Source: Eledone cirrhosa
Taxonomy: Eukaryota
NCBI GenBank assembly: GCA_964016885.1
Contig: OZ024748.1
Location: 28,520,001 to 28,584,000 of the forward strand
Length of the DNA stretch: 64,000 bases
Direction: 5' to 3'
Position numbers and translations under genes: made by a program. Below, in pieces: positions 25,484 to 38,219 of the stretch. Below the pieces are notes generated by a model. The model ran no database searches and was not told the origin of the DNA. It worked only from the letters and a program-made list of their open reading frames with translations. Position 1 is the first letter of the stretch; the number at the start of each line of letters is the position of its first letter.

Positions 25484-28400
25484 TCAACAGCAAAGTCTCT
25501 CTGGGGGTTTACGAGTTCTCTTGGACCGTCTTCGATTGTCTGGTCCATACTCTGGAACGGGCAACAAGGTCTTGGGTCTGGTCTGTCTTGGAGTTAGTGG
25601 CACTATTTCCGAGATCTCCATCGGGTGATCTGTTGCAAATTCAAAAACAGTGTCTACTGCATCACCAGGTTCATTGTCTTCCTCAGCAGTGTACCGCGGT
25701 TGCAGCTGTTCCCAGTGTCGTCTCCACACCGGGCCATGAGGTATGTCCTTAACGTTGAAGCAGCGAGCACCCAATGACTTCTTAATGATTGCTGGTACCC
25801 ATCGGGGATCTTTGTCTCGGCGAGGTCCGTAGTACAGTGCATACACAGGATATCCAGCCTTGTACTGCCTGGTAACCTTAGCGACACCTGCCGAGTCCGG
25901 AGTCATCTGAGACTTATATGCTTCCTTAGACTGCTTGCCTTGAGCGATGTGTGCTGGCGAGGGCAGCAGAGAATCAATCCTTGTCCGTATCTGCCGGTGA
26001 TTCAAAAGTTCACTCGGAGAGAATCCACTGGATGTCGGTGTTCTCCGGTACTACATCAAGAACTCTTGAAGTGCTCGCTTCGGCGGAAGAGAAGTCTTCC
26101 TCGGAGCTTGTTTGAAGGTCTGCACCAAACGTTCCGCTGCTCCGTTGGTAGCTGTGTGGTAAGGTGCCCCTGTCAGGTGCGTGATCCCACATTCTTTGCA
26201 CCAGCTCTGGAACTCCTCAGAAATAAAAGTTGGTGCGTTATCGGTGACTAGCGTGTGAGGAAATCCGAAGTGCGCAAAGTCTTCTTCAAGCAGATCTAAA
26301 GTGGCTCTGGAGGACGTGGATGACGTAGGATGAATGCATGGATACTTGGAATAAGCATCCGTGATCACCAACCAATTACTGCCCATGAAATTTATTGCGT
26401 GGTCCAGGTGTAAGCGGCTCCACGGCTTTTCAAGTAATATCCATGGGTGAACTGGAGACTTGGATGGCTGGTTTTGATGTTTACCACACGAATCACATTG
26501 TCGACTGGTTTTCTCTATAGCAGCATCGATACCAGGCCAATAAACAGCAGTTCTTGCCAATTGTTTCATGCGCTCCATGCCAAAGTGTCCGAGATGCAGA
26601 AGATTGAGGATCTTTGGCTGTAAGCTATGTGGAATCACAACTCTCGATCCATGGATAGGGCATCCGTGGCAGATACTGAGTGAATCCGATAACTTCCGGA
26701 ACTTATTGACTTCGTCATTGATCTCAGTATTCTTTGGTGGCCAGCCTTCACGGACGTAGCGTATCACTGTAGATATCACTGGATCTTTCCCTGACTCTTG
26801 ACGGAGGACGTTAGCATCGATAGGTTGGACTTGAAGACTGAGAGCTTTGATGGCGCACACCATGTCCATGTCTTCACCATTTTCCTTCCTGTCAAAGTCG
26901 ATGTCATTACCAAATGGCAAGCGACTGAGGGCATCTGCATTGCCATGATCCGCTGTTTTCCGATATTCGATGGTGTAGTCAAACTGGTTCAGCCACAGGG
27001 CCCACCGTGCTAGTCGGTTAGCAGCGAGAAGTGGCGTCCCTTTCCTCGGACTGAACAGTAATGTCAGTGGCTTGTGGTCAGTTACGAGTATAAACTGATG
27101 TCCGTACAGATACTGATAGAACTTCTGCAAGCCAAATATGATGGCCAGGGCTTCCTTTTGAATTTGGCCGTAGTTACGCTGTGCAGAAGTAAGAGTCTTG
27201 GACACATTGGATATTGTGCGCTCGCTTCCATCAGGATAGCGATGAAACAGGACTGCTCCAATACCAACGTTTGACGCGTCGCAAGCCAGTCCCAAAGTTT
27301 TGTTTGGATCGAAGTGTATCAGAACTCGATCCGATGAAAGCACATTTTTCGACTGATCGAAAACTGACTGTTCTTCATCTCCCCACTTCCAAGTAGTCGT
27401 TTTTTTCGTAAGGCAATAGAGTGGCTCTGCCATGCTGGTCAGGTTTGGGATAAACTTTCCATAGAACTGAACTGAACCCAGGAAAGACTTCAAGCTTGAG
27501 ACGTTCGTTGGAGGTGGCATCTTTAAAACTGCTTCGACCTTGGATCCCTTCAGCCGACAAGGTATTCCACACTGGGTAGTGCAAACTGGCACTTGTCACG
27601 GCGACATCTGAGTCCTTTGTCGCACAGACGTGTGAGCAGACACTTTAGGTTGTTCAAGTGATCGTTTGCATCTTTCCCACTGACGAGCATGTAGTCCTGG
27701 AAGACGGCCACACCAGGTAGATCTTGAGTCAGGTTTTCTATGATCTCCTGAAAGTAACCAGGTGCTGACTTGATTCCGAAAGGGAGTCGTTCCTGCAGGA
27801 GCACCCCACGGTGAGTGCTGAGTGCAAGCCTGTGTTGACTTTCTGGAGCCAGCTTGATCTGATTATAGGCATCAGCAAGATCAATCTTTGTGTATCCGAA
27901 TCCACCTCCGAGCTTCTGCATCAGTTCCTCTGGGAGTGGCATTGGATGACAATGATCTGCAAGTTGGTCATTAATTCCCACAGAGTAGTCACCACAAATC
28001 CGTAGTTTGGGCTTCAGGTTGCCTGAAGTATGTGCTTTACGAATCGGTACCACTGGCGTTCCGTATTGGTTGAACTGTACTGGCTTCCAGATTCCTTTGG
28101 CGATGCCTTCTTCGTAACCTTTGGCCAGGTCATCACGAAGAGCAAACGGGACCGGGCGTGCTTTGTGAAAGACCGGTGTCGCGTCCGACTTGAACTTCAC
28201 TTCCAGTTCGAAGTCATTAAGACATCCCAATTCTTGCTTGAAGAGATCTGGGAATTCATCACACATGTTGTGACAATCTCGTTGCATGGAAATATAGGGC
28301 TCATTTGAGGTCTTTGGATGCATCACTTCTGCACCCTCACTCTTGGCCTGGCTGTCTATGCTTTTCAATCCTAGAGCATTGTCCACGGAAATTCCCAGAG

Positions 28401-28602
28401 ACTGGATAGCGTTTCGTCCCAGCAAATTAAGATCAGGGATCTTGGTGACGATGTAGGGTATTGAATTCCGTTTACCGGTCGTTGGATCCTTGGTTTGGCT
28501 CATGAAAGTTCCCAGAACGGGCAGGTCGTGCTTGCTGGCAGATTCAAACCGATGTTTGACATCTTGCAGCTTCGGTTTTCCTAATTGTTTCCAAACTGAC
28601 AA
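25484..28602 (-). pseudogene. pol: pol (protease remnant, RT, RNase H, integrase), disrupted
   Basis: RT: KIDLADAYNQI, LPFGIKSAP, FQDY (YxDD broken). RNase H: LACDAS, KEALA, TDHKPL, NADALSR. IN: HHCC, LHLD, TDNA, NGAAER. Frameshifts near 27560 and 26008, stop at 26051. Confidence 0.95.
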
Positions 28603-29680
28603 GGAAACAAAATTCCATTGTGAAAAGTCTGTTCTGGATTGTTATTGGCACTTTCAAACTATGAGTATCGTGGGGAACTTCACCAAGGATCGCCTTGACT
28701 AGCTCAGCTTTCGTGATTCTTTTCACATAATTCTGTGAGCGTTGATTACGTTGCTGATGTTGTTTCTTTCTACACACCGCTTGCAAATGTCCCTTTTTGT
28801 CACAAAAATGACATTTGGCTTCTTTGAAGGAGCAGTCTGTCGCTTTGTGGGCCTTTCCACATCGGTAGTACATCTCCTGGTCTGTGGAATAAGACTGCTG
28901 ATGGTTCTTTCGAGGACCCTTGTTCTTGTTCTGCTGGACCTTGTAGACTTGCTTGGTTTTGGAACCGTAAACAGTTTCCTTGGCAACCTTTGCTGCGTTT
29001 TCGGTCCCGATGGCAACTTGGACAGCACGGGCGAAATCTAGTTCTGTATCCTTGATCTTGAAAATAGCCTTCAACACAGCTTCATTATTGACAGAACATA
29101 TAAATCTCTGTCTTAGAGCTTCATCTTGTGGATTTGTGATCGAAGGAAAATCACAGGTAGCTGCATCCTGACGTATACGTGCTGCCAGATCCTGGAGAGT
29201 TTCGCCTGGCTTCCGTTGCATGTCACTCCAGAACTTGAAACGTTCTCTCACAATGAAAAGTTTTGGGTCGAACTGTTCTTTCATGAAGTCAACAATTTCG
29301 TCCATTCTCAACTTGTTGATATCCTTAGGCGGATTTTGTTGAGCAGCCAGATTTGCAAGTTGTTTGTAGATAGCAGCCGTCTGATTAGTCAGGAACACTT
29401 GTGCCATGCGTTGCTCGGGTACAGCGTTAGCAGCCACAAACGTGCAGAATCTTGACCAGTAATCAGGCCATAGTTCTGTTGTTGAATCAAAAGCAGCAAA
29501 TGGTGGGATGAATGCTGTTGGTGTCGAAGCAACAGGCGACGCCAATAAACTCTGTTGTTCAAAATCTCGAGCACCAAACAGTTTTATCAGAGTGTCCATA
29601 TCTTTCTTGTGTTGATGCATTTGTTGTTCCATCTGTTCTCTAAACAACTTTATTAGCTCCGCTGTTTGTTGTTCCGCCAT
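28603..29680 (-). pseudogene. gag: gag with two zinc knuckles
   Basis: ATG at 29680 (MAEQQT...). Capsid-like QRKPGETLQDLAARIR...CDF. Knuckles YYRCGKAHKATDC (first Cys lost) and CHFCDKKGHLQAVC. Confidence 0.9.
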
Positions 29681-29787
29681 GTTTTTATGATAAACAATTT
29701 CCCGGCAATGTAGGTAAATCCTATCGGCAATGTAGGTAAATCCTATCGGCAATGTAGGTAAATCTTATCGGCGACGCCAATAAACTC

Positions 29788-30077
29788 TGTTGTATTCCTC
29801 TCGGTACTCGCAGAGAAAACACAACGAGTTATATCAAATAATTTGTGTATTGTACGAAACAACCAAAACGCCCCCCCCCCCCCCCCTCACAGTAGCAGAA
29901 TAACATAAAGTAAGTCCCAGCAGCAGTCTGTGACCGAGTTTTTAATACCAACGCTGACTGACTGCCCAGGTCACGTGATTCATATGCAAATGTGTGAGCA
30001 CGTGTAAATTGAATAAAACGATTTTAACAGTCCATACAACAATGAGGTTGTGAGTTCGATTCCCAGTCCATACAACA
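29788..30077 (-). repeat. 5' LTR (290 bp)
   Basis: Direct repeat of 25165-25449, followed on the minus strand by a PBS-like tggcgtcgccgata. Confidence 0.96.
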
Positions 30078-30748
30078 ATATGTATACTTTTATACATACA
30101 TTTGGTGAACATTCTAATATATAAATCTATGTAAAATCTACAAAATAATTGTTTAATTATGTATCTTTCTATATTTATTTATTTCTATCTCAATGTATTG
30201 AATTATATTATAAATAAGATTGCTATAAGTTTTACGGTTAGAGTGTGTTTGTGTACCGTTGAAAATCATCTTATTAAGAAGAAATACTTTTAAACTAGAA
30301 TTCTTACGAAATTATAAACTTTCTTTTCCATTTTTTCTTTTTCTTTTTACATATTTGTATACGTCTAACTCATAGTTGACTAACTACTGACCCTTTTCCC
30401 GTAAATATGCACACTCTTATTGTCATGTAATTTTTAATCTTATATCTGTTGATGTATGGAAGTATAGAAGTACTACATTTTGATATATTGTTTTTAATAC
30501 CACCTCTGCTTTGCTGTTGCTTTTAATTGTACTTGTAATTTGCAATATATTAATTGATATGGTATGAACCTCATCTGTGTTAAGGAGTTAATCTCTCGTA
30601 TGTAATACTCTTGAAACGTTTAGCAATATCTACATTCCTGGAGATATGTAGATTAAGGGACAGTTACATCGTATGTATCCTGGTATGGCTTGCCGCTCTA
30701 CATTGAAACATATGTAGAATTAAAATTATGTTTTAAGTATAACTTCGT

Positions 30749-30873
<125 letters not shown>

Positions 30874-30882
30874 TATAGATAT

Positions 30883-30925
<43 letters not shown>

Positions 30926-31057
30926 CTAGACCACTCGTGATCCGTTGGATCACGTTCACTTAAAAAATAATTTTAAAATAATTAACACAGACATGTATAT
31001 AATGTAAAATGAAATTGGAAGGCCCATATATATATGGATATATATATATAGAGAGAG

Positions 31058-31499
31058 AGAGAATTAGTACATCTACCAACATATGCGTACAGATGTACAC
31101 TAATGCTAGCAAATATATAAGTTATGTCATAGTACCTAGGTGGTTCTATGCAGGGGGATATGAAAGACGTAAAATAAGAAAATTTTAAAAATTAAAAATT
31201 AACTTACTAAAATTTTCACTCCAACTAATTAGTTTCTGTAATGGGATAAATATAGTTACGCAATGTAACTATCGAGAATTCATTACGTCATCAGGTAGTC
31301 TATTCTCAGCTAAGTTCCCAGTGAAAATTTTAGTAAGTAAGTTAATTTTTAATTTTTAAAATTTTCTTATTTTACGTCTTTCATATAATTGTTCTGCATC
31401 CCCCTGCATAGAACCACCTAGGTACTATGACATAACTTATATATTTGCTAGCATTAGTGTACATCTGTACGCATATGTTGGTAGATGTACTAATTCTCT
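31058..31499. repeat. Long inverted repeat (about 160-180 bp arms) with a degenerate hammerhead in the spacer
   Basis: Arms 31058-31220 and 31320-31499 are reverse complements apart from two small indels. Spacer minus strand reads CTGATGA-cgtaatg...cattgc-GTAA. Confidence 0.9.
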
Positions 31500-31891
31500 A
31501 TATTTATCTCCAAATTATTTATTTGTTGAGCAAACTTGCCAAATCCACTGCGAATTCATAGTAGTAGTGGTAGTAGGCTCTTGTCATAATACCACCTCAC
31601 TCCTACTGACTAACCTCAGTGTCACGTGATTGATTCTTTAGAATCTGCCACTTGACCAGAGGCAGAGAACTTTTTCAGTGCTACGGAATTTAGTCCTCGC
31701 TAGCTATTCCATCCACTGAATTATTATTTTTATATGAGTTCCTAGTGTCCGCGCATTGCCAAAGAGGGCTTGATAAGGATAAATATATATCAAATATATA
31801 AGAACCGTAGAGCAAATATTTATTAAAATAACAGATTAAAGTTTAAGCAAAGAATCGCTGCTTTCACCTTTAACTTTAATCTGTTATTTTA

Positions 31892-31972
<81 letters not shown>

Positions 31973-32437
31973 TATATACATATATATATTCATATATATA
32001 TTCACACACGGACATATATACACCCACACTTAGAAACCCTTTCTATTTAGCAGGATACAGTAAAGCTGTATTCGTTTCTTTGAAGTCACCGGTTGTAATT
32101 TCATTCAACAACACCACCATCTCTCTCTCTCTCTCTTCCATTTTCCTTCTCTGTCTCCTTCTCTCTCCTCTCAATCTACTCTCTCACAAACCACTCTCCC
32201 TTTCTTTCTATCCTACTCTCTCTATTTATGAAGGTGCCCAGAAAACCCCATATATCGGGAACCAGTGCTCCGATTTCGCGAAACTTGTTTTATTCCATTT
32301 GTATTCCCATTTCAGGGGGCAACTTTCTTTCAAAGTATTTTTCCATTATGCGCCCTTTGGGCTGTATTACATTACAGACAAGCAAGCAATCACATATAGA
32401 TAGATAGATAAATTATTTGTATCTACCCACACAAATA

Positions 32438-32494
<57 letters not shown>

Positions 32495-32660
32495 CATAAA
32501 GTAGGTCCATAGAATCATTTGATAAAATATATACACCATTTTCTCTCCCAATTAGCATAATTAACCACATATATGCATATATATAAATATAGCCAAATCT
32601 ACGGTATGAGAGTCATGGAACTTTGTTGAGAAAGCCCCGATTATATCTATCCGGTCGCAT

Positions 32661-33319
32661 CTAGGAATCATGGGTATTTCTTCGCTTTAGAGACAATATA
32701 CCTCAGCCTAGGGCGAAACAATAACTAAAATAAGTTATTGGGATAAAAGAAAGGTGAGGAGGGGGGGGGGGGGGGGGGGCATGTAAACAGACACGAAGGG
32801 TGAAGCAACATAAAGAGAGGAAAATTAGGAAAATATCAAGTCAACAACTTATTTCGAACATAAGAACGGGCGAATTTTGACTAGAGAGAAAATAAGACAC
32901 GACTTGACCGTACGGGTGTGAGCGAGAAAAGAGGCTAGCCCCTCACTATAACTATCTCTTTCTCGTTTCCTCTCACTTTCACTCACTCCCTCTCTGCTAG
33001 TCATCCTCTCTCCGCGCTAGCTCACTTCCCCCCTCGTCCACCACTGTATGCAGCCTCTTTTCTCACTTACACGGCTACGGCTAAGACGTGTCTTTTTTTT
33101 TTCTCTCTCGTCAAAATTCGCCCATGTTCGAAATAAGTTGTTGACTTGATATTTTCCTAATTTTCCTCTCTTTATGTTGCTTCACCCTTCGTGTCTGTTT
33201 ACATGTTTTTCTCACACCCCCCCCCTCTTTCTCTTATCCCAATAACTTATTTTAGTTATTGTTTCGCCCTAGGCTGAGGTATATTGTCTCTAACGCGAAG
33301 AAATACGCATGATTCCTAG
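32661..33319. repeat. Long inverted repeat (about 270 bp arms)
   Basis: 32661-32936 versus 33052-33319. The right arm resembles 52805-52880, which is followed by a CTGATGA core. Confidence 0.9.
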
Positions 33320-33850
33320 TATGATTCACCCTTAACTTTTATTTTTCATTATATATGTGTATGTGTAACTCTACAATTTTCACATACACATATATAAATG
33401 CACACAATGCTGTCCTTATCTTAGTCATGTTGTTACAATAAGAAGTTCACTTTCCAATCTAGGTTCTAACCCTATCTTTGTCCCTGTAAATAGTTATTTT
33501 CCTGAAGTTACTCTTACATTGAATCATGTATGTCATTTGTACATATATGCTGAACATTTAGAAATAAATTAAAGTAAGACTTTAATCTTTAATCGTTTCC
33601 ACGTGTCATTAATCAACATAAACTCTAGAGTTTGTCTAATACAAACGATATATTTGTTAAAACAAAATTATGTTTGTATGATTACTCATATATCCAGTAA
33701 TCCCGGGTATATATAACACACTGATCCTGGGCTAAAAAAAAACAACAAATAAATTCGTTTAATCCTATTGCCGTCATTATTGGCGTCACGGGTCCACTAA
33801 AAGGACTCGATCAACAAGATGTCAGACCTCATTCACTTACTAAGTGGAGT

Positions 33851-34045
33851 GGAACTCGTCAAACTGAATCAAAGAAACAATGTTTCCATTGCTGATACTA
33901 TCTACCGGTCGCAAATCCTGGCAGAAGGAGCAAAGTGAAATAAAGTGTCTTGTTCAAGGACATAATGCATCACCCGATCCGGGATCAAACTCACAATCTC
34001 ACAATTGCGAATCCAATTCTCTAACCACTAAGCCGAACGTCTTCA
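33851..34045 (-). mobile_element. CORE-type SINE family B, older copy
   Basis: Reverse complement of the 21306 element. Confidence 0.82.
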
Positions 34046-34790
34046 CAGAAAATGGAAATTGTGAGCATATCTCCATATATTGACAGGTGGTGGCCAACTG
34101 GAGCATTGTTGTTGAGAACTGAAGAACTGGCTATAAAAACATTATTAGAAAACGGTTAGTTTGTCAAAACTGAACATATCTTAGCCGCCATGGAAAAAGA
34201 TTTATGACTTATTGACTTGGCTGCTTTAATTCTTAATCAATGCTAGTCAGTCCGGTACACATACACACACACAGACATACACACACACAAATACATAAAC
34301 ACATAAAATCATACACAAATAAACACATTCTCCTATATGGGCGCACGCACAGACACATACATAAACACACTTACTTACACATACTTACACATGTACATAT
34401 ACATGTGCATACACATACACGCATACACACACACACACACACTCATATACACAGAAACACAGACACACACGCACACGCATACACACACATTCACACACAT
34501 ATACATAGGCACAGGCACACACACACACACACACACAGAAAATTGTAAAGAAAAGCATGCAGACATAAATGTATGTGAACAGAACACGTGGAACAAGTAT
34601 TAAACATGCGCATGTGCGTGTTATTGGTATGGTTGTTGTTGCTGGTGGTGGTAGGGTGTTGTTGTTGTTGTTGGTGGTGGTGGTCGCCGTAGTGGCGCTG
34701 GTCGTGATGCATGTGTATGGTGTGCATATCATGTACGTTTATTATAATTGTATATATATATACAGTTACATATATATGTATGTGGACAAT

Positions 34791-34834
<44 letters not shown>

Positions 34835-34892
34835 TGCTGCAGCATGGTCTTATCTGTGATGGCTAATGGCAAAACGAAACTAGCGAATTAAA

Positions 34893-35000
<108 letters not shown>

Positions 35001-35085
35001 AGAAAATATCCATAGGTGTGAAAAAAAAAAGGAAAACAATGCTGAATCAGGAAGAGAGCAGAAATATTATATTATTTATTTATAG

Positions 35086-35276
35086 GGCTGTAGATTGGCA
35101 GTATCGGTAGAGGGTCGGGCGCTATGCTTTGACGCATAGAATTACGGCCCTTGCCATTCTGAGTTCAAATACTGCCGAGGTTAACTATGCCTTTCATCCT
35201 TACGGGGTCGATAAAATAAAGTACCAGTAATGCACTGGGTAATTGCTGGCCTTGTACCAAAAGTAGAAACAATTAT
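35086..35276 (+). mobile_element. SINE family A (short form)
   Basis: Full consensus, directly downstream of an attattatt run. Confidence 0.9.
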
Positions 35277-35559
35277 TTAAATATATATACGGTACATATA
35301 TATTTTAAATTATCCAAATGCCTCCATAAATATATATATATATATATATAGATATAAGTATATCTGATATTTATTGGAAACAACATAATCTATATATAGG
35401 TTAGACGTGTGTAAGACTCCAGACTTTGAGATTTCAGTTTCATGCACTATATACACAATCAGCAGCGAAGGAAGAAACATATTTTGATCAGATGTACGTG
35501 ATTTGTAGTGGCACAAACTAAGCGAAACAACTAGAAATAAATGTAATACATACATACAT

Positions 35560-36154
35560 GGTGGCTGCCAACTCGTTTTCGAGTACGGCCACTACTTTAT
35601 ATCCATGTAGGAGAACCCCTATCGAGGCGCTGAACGAGTGTGACTTTTTAGTCCAGCCAGCGACTTGAAAACTCTAGTACAAACACTACACTTGTGACAA
35701 TTATTGACACATAGTGCTGGGCCCATGGTACCATGTGACGACAAGTGCAGAGAGATCTCCAGATATAAAGCAATGCCTGTGCCGTGAAGCTTTTATAGTG
35801 AGCAAAGGCACTGCACAAAGCCAGTCCCACTCTCTTAACCAAGATGATATTTACCAAAAAGAAGAACAAGTCAACATCATTGGATACCATTAGGGTTGCA
35901 GGTGTTATACCAGAGTTTTCCTTCTCCTAGAATTCTGCCTTGACAAAGGCTAAGGGGTCATCTCTCCCGGTGATTTTGGATGGCCATTGACTCTTAAGAG
36001 CTCCTTTGCCCTTTGACAGGTTTTGTTTTTAGTCCTGCAGGATGTCCAAAGTCACCCTCCTCACCAAGAAACCTTGGTGGGGTTGCCAGTTTAGTCGCCA
36101 ACGACCCGACCATGAGACAGGTTGTACTGGGATACATGTTACCAGTAGCACCAA
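35560..36154 (+). mobile_element. Unclassified insertion of about 600 bp, probably a non-autonomous retroelement, flanked by (ACAT)n
   Basis: Complex-sequence island bounded on both sides by (acat)n. No recognisable ORF. Confidence 0.45.
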
Positions 36155-36584
36155 ACATACATACATACATACATACATACATACATACATACATCTAGTT
36201 AGGAAATTACAAGTACAATCCATTAATGGAACAGTAAAAATATGTAAAACATTCCAAACATTTTGCATCTAATAACTGCATATACACATGCACACATACA
36301 ACTCAAAACATACACATCCATATCTACACATGCATGCATACATAATCTACCTAGTTGATGTTGTGTAAATTCCAATGAGAGTGTCTTGTGTCTATGTTAG
36401 AAACCGACTCTCTCTCTATTGGTAAACATTTGTGAAATTATAAAACCAGAAGAACATACATACATACATACATACATACATACATACATACATACATACA
36501 TACATACATACACATACATACATACATACATACATACATACATACATACATACATACATACATACATACATACATACATACATA

Positions 36585-36942
36585 CATCTGATTCACAAAA
36601 GAGATAGGGATGCAGGCAAAACAACTACATGTGACAACAAGTGCAGACTCTGCAGAATTAACATAGATGTCAGCCATGTAATAAGCAGCTGTCCAAAGAT
36701 GTCATCGCGGTACTATCTAACTATGAGGCATGATGTAGTGGCCAAAACACTGTACAATGCAATCCGTAGGAAAGATAGCCCCGGCAATAAACACATTAAA
36801 AAGCTCCAGCAATTTGGAAGATATACACATACATAATATGAAATGTTCCAGTAAAAACCCCAATAAAATGCAGGCATAACAGACCAGATATAATGATATG
36901 GAACAGGGAAAAGAAGACATGCACCATAATGGAAGTTAGTTG
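36585..36942 (+). pseudogene. Fragment of an RLE-type (R4/Dong-like) LINE: CCHC finger plus PD-(D/E)xK endonuclease
   Basis: Frameshifted translation KCRLCRIN..VSHVISSCPKMSSRYYLTMRHDVVAK...HNRPDIMIWNREKKTCTIMEVS. Follows (ACAT)n. Confidence 0.8.
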
Positions 36943-36964
36943 AGCAGCTAACTTCCATTACTTC

Positions 36965-37520
36965 TTTCTACTTTTGGTACAAGGCCAGCAATCCACCTTC
37001 TGAAGACGGGGCTGAAGCCAGCTGCCTTGAGGACAGCCTCCTGGTACCGATGGTCGACCCTATCGTATGCTTTCGATTGATCTAAATTGATCAGAGCCCC
37101 ACCGAAGCCAGGTTTACACCCTACCCTCTCTATGATGTATCGCATGAGGTGGAGGTTGTCGTGTATGGACCTGGTCGGGATTCCGCAAGTTTGCGCCTCC
37201 CTACCAAATCCCCGACGACAAGCACCAACCTCTTCGCTAACACCTTGGCCAAAATCTTAAACTCCGTGTTGAACAGCGTTATGGGCCTGAAATTGTCTAA
37301 TGTTGTTGTCGTTGGTGTTGTCGTCGTTGTTGTTGTTGTTGTTGCTGTTATCACTGTTACAGTTGGTTATATCTTTGGTGCCGCCGCTGTTATTGTTCTC
37401 GGTGCAGTTGGTATTGTTGTTGTTGGTGCTGTCGCTGTTTATGTTCTGGTTAGTGGTGTTAATTTCGTTGCTGTTTTTGTTGTCATCATTTCTGTTGTCT
37501 GTCTTTTGGTTGTCGCTGTC
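36965..37520 (-). mobile_element. Chimeric Tx1 fragment (ORF1-like Asn-rich stretch + RT + SINE A tail)
   Basis: DNFRPITL...LDQSKAYDRVDH...RRWIA fused to the SINE tail attgctggccttgtaccaaaagtagaaa. Confidence 0.8.
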
Positions 37521-38219
37521 CGAGATGCGCGCAGGGCGACGAAACCGTCCTGCACGCACTCGTTCAGTGCCCGAGCATTGCTGATTTGTGGAGCTATGTC
37601 GAACAGTTGCTGTCGCGTGTAGAGTGGATTCGGTTATCGACTGAGACCATTGTGCAGATAGCCCCGCCATCCTCCTTTAAAGAGGAGGAAGGGCAGGCAG
37701 TTTTCATCTGCCTGGTGGCCATGGCGAAAGAGATTGTGTGGTGGACAAGGTTGAAAGGGTTGAAGATAGACACTTTCCTCTTAGGCGAATCCCTGATTAA
37801 CTTTTTCAAGTTTCACTTGAAGAGGAAAATCAGGGTGGAGAGGTAAGTGCTGTCTTCTAGTAAATTTGTTGAAAGGTGGGTGAAAATGGCGAGTCTGGTC
37901 CGAGTGAAAGAGCCCGCTCTGAGTATGCGCCTGTAGACTGAGGAGTGGGAAAACTGAGAGAGGGTGCTTGCCCTGGTGGTCAGGATGGCCGTGGTCTTTT
38001 GTGTAGTTTTCGAAACGAGTGACCCTCGAAAGTCTCCCCCCTATTGGGGAATTTTTTTGTCGTTTGAATTTTTTTTTATATTTCTATCTTCTTGTTATAA
38101 CCTTTTTACACGGCGAAAACCCACTTTGTATCGTCCTGTACCCTTCTGTGCCGTCTGTAATGTTTTTCTTCATGTTAGCCCTTGTGATCAATAAAGAAAT
38201 CATTATTATTATTATTATT
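37518..38219 (+). mobile_element. 5'-truncated Tx1-clade LINE (ORF2 C-terminus, 3'UTR, (ATT)n tail)
   Basis: Homologous to 44658-45345. Ends aataaagaaatc(att)6. Confidence 0.92.

Larger units (their letters stand above)
25165..30077 (-). mobile_element. Ty3/Gypsy (Mag-clade-like) LTR retrotransposon, full length, coding-defective
   Basis: LTRs 25165-25449 and 29788-30077 (TG...CA, terminal inverted tgttgta/tacaaca). 5-bp TSD atatg (25160-25164 and 30078-30082). PPT ggtggggagg next to the 3' LTR. Domain order gag-PR-RT-RH-IN. Confidence 0.97.

Noticed and set aside
35905-35965. HDV-like ribozyme (gagttttccttctcctag...ggctaag)
   Set aside because: GCTAA and a P4-like stem are present, but I could not place P1, P1.1 or P2.
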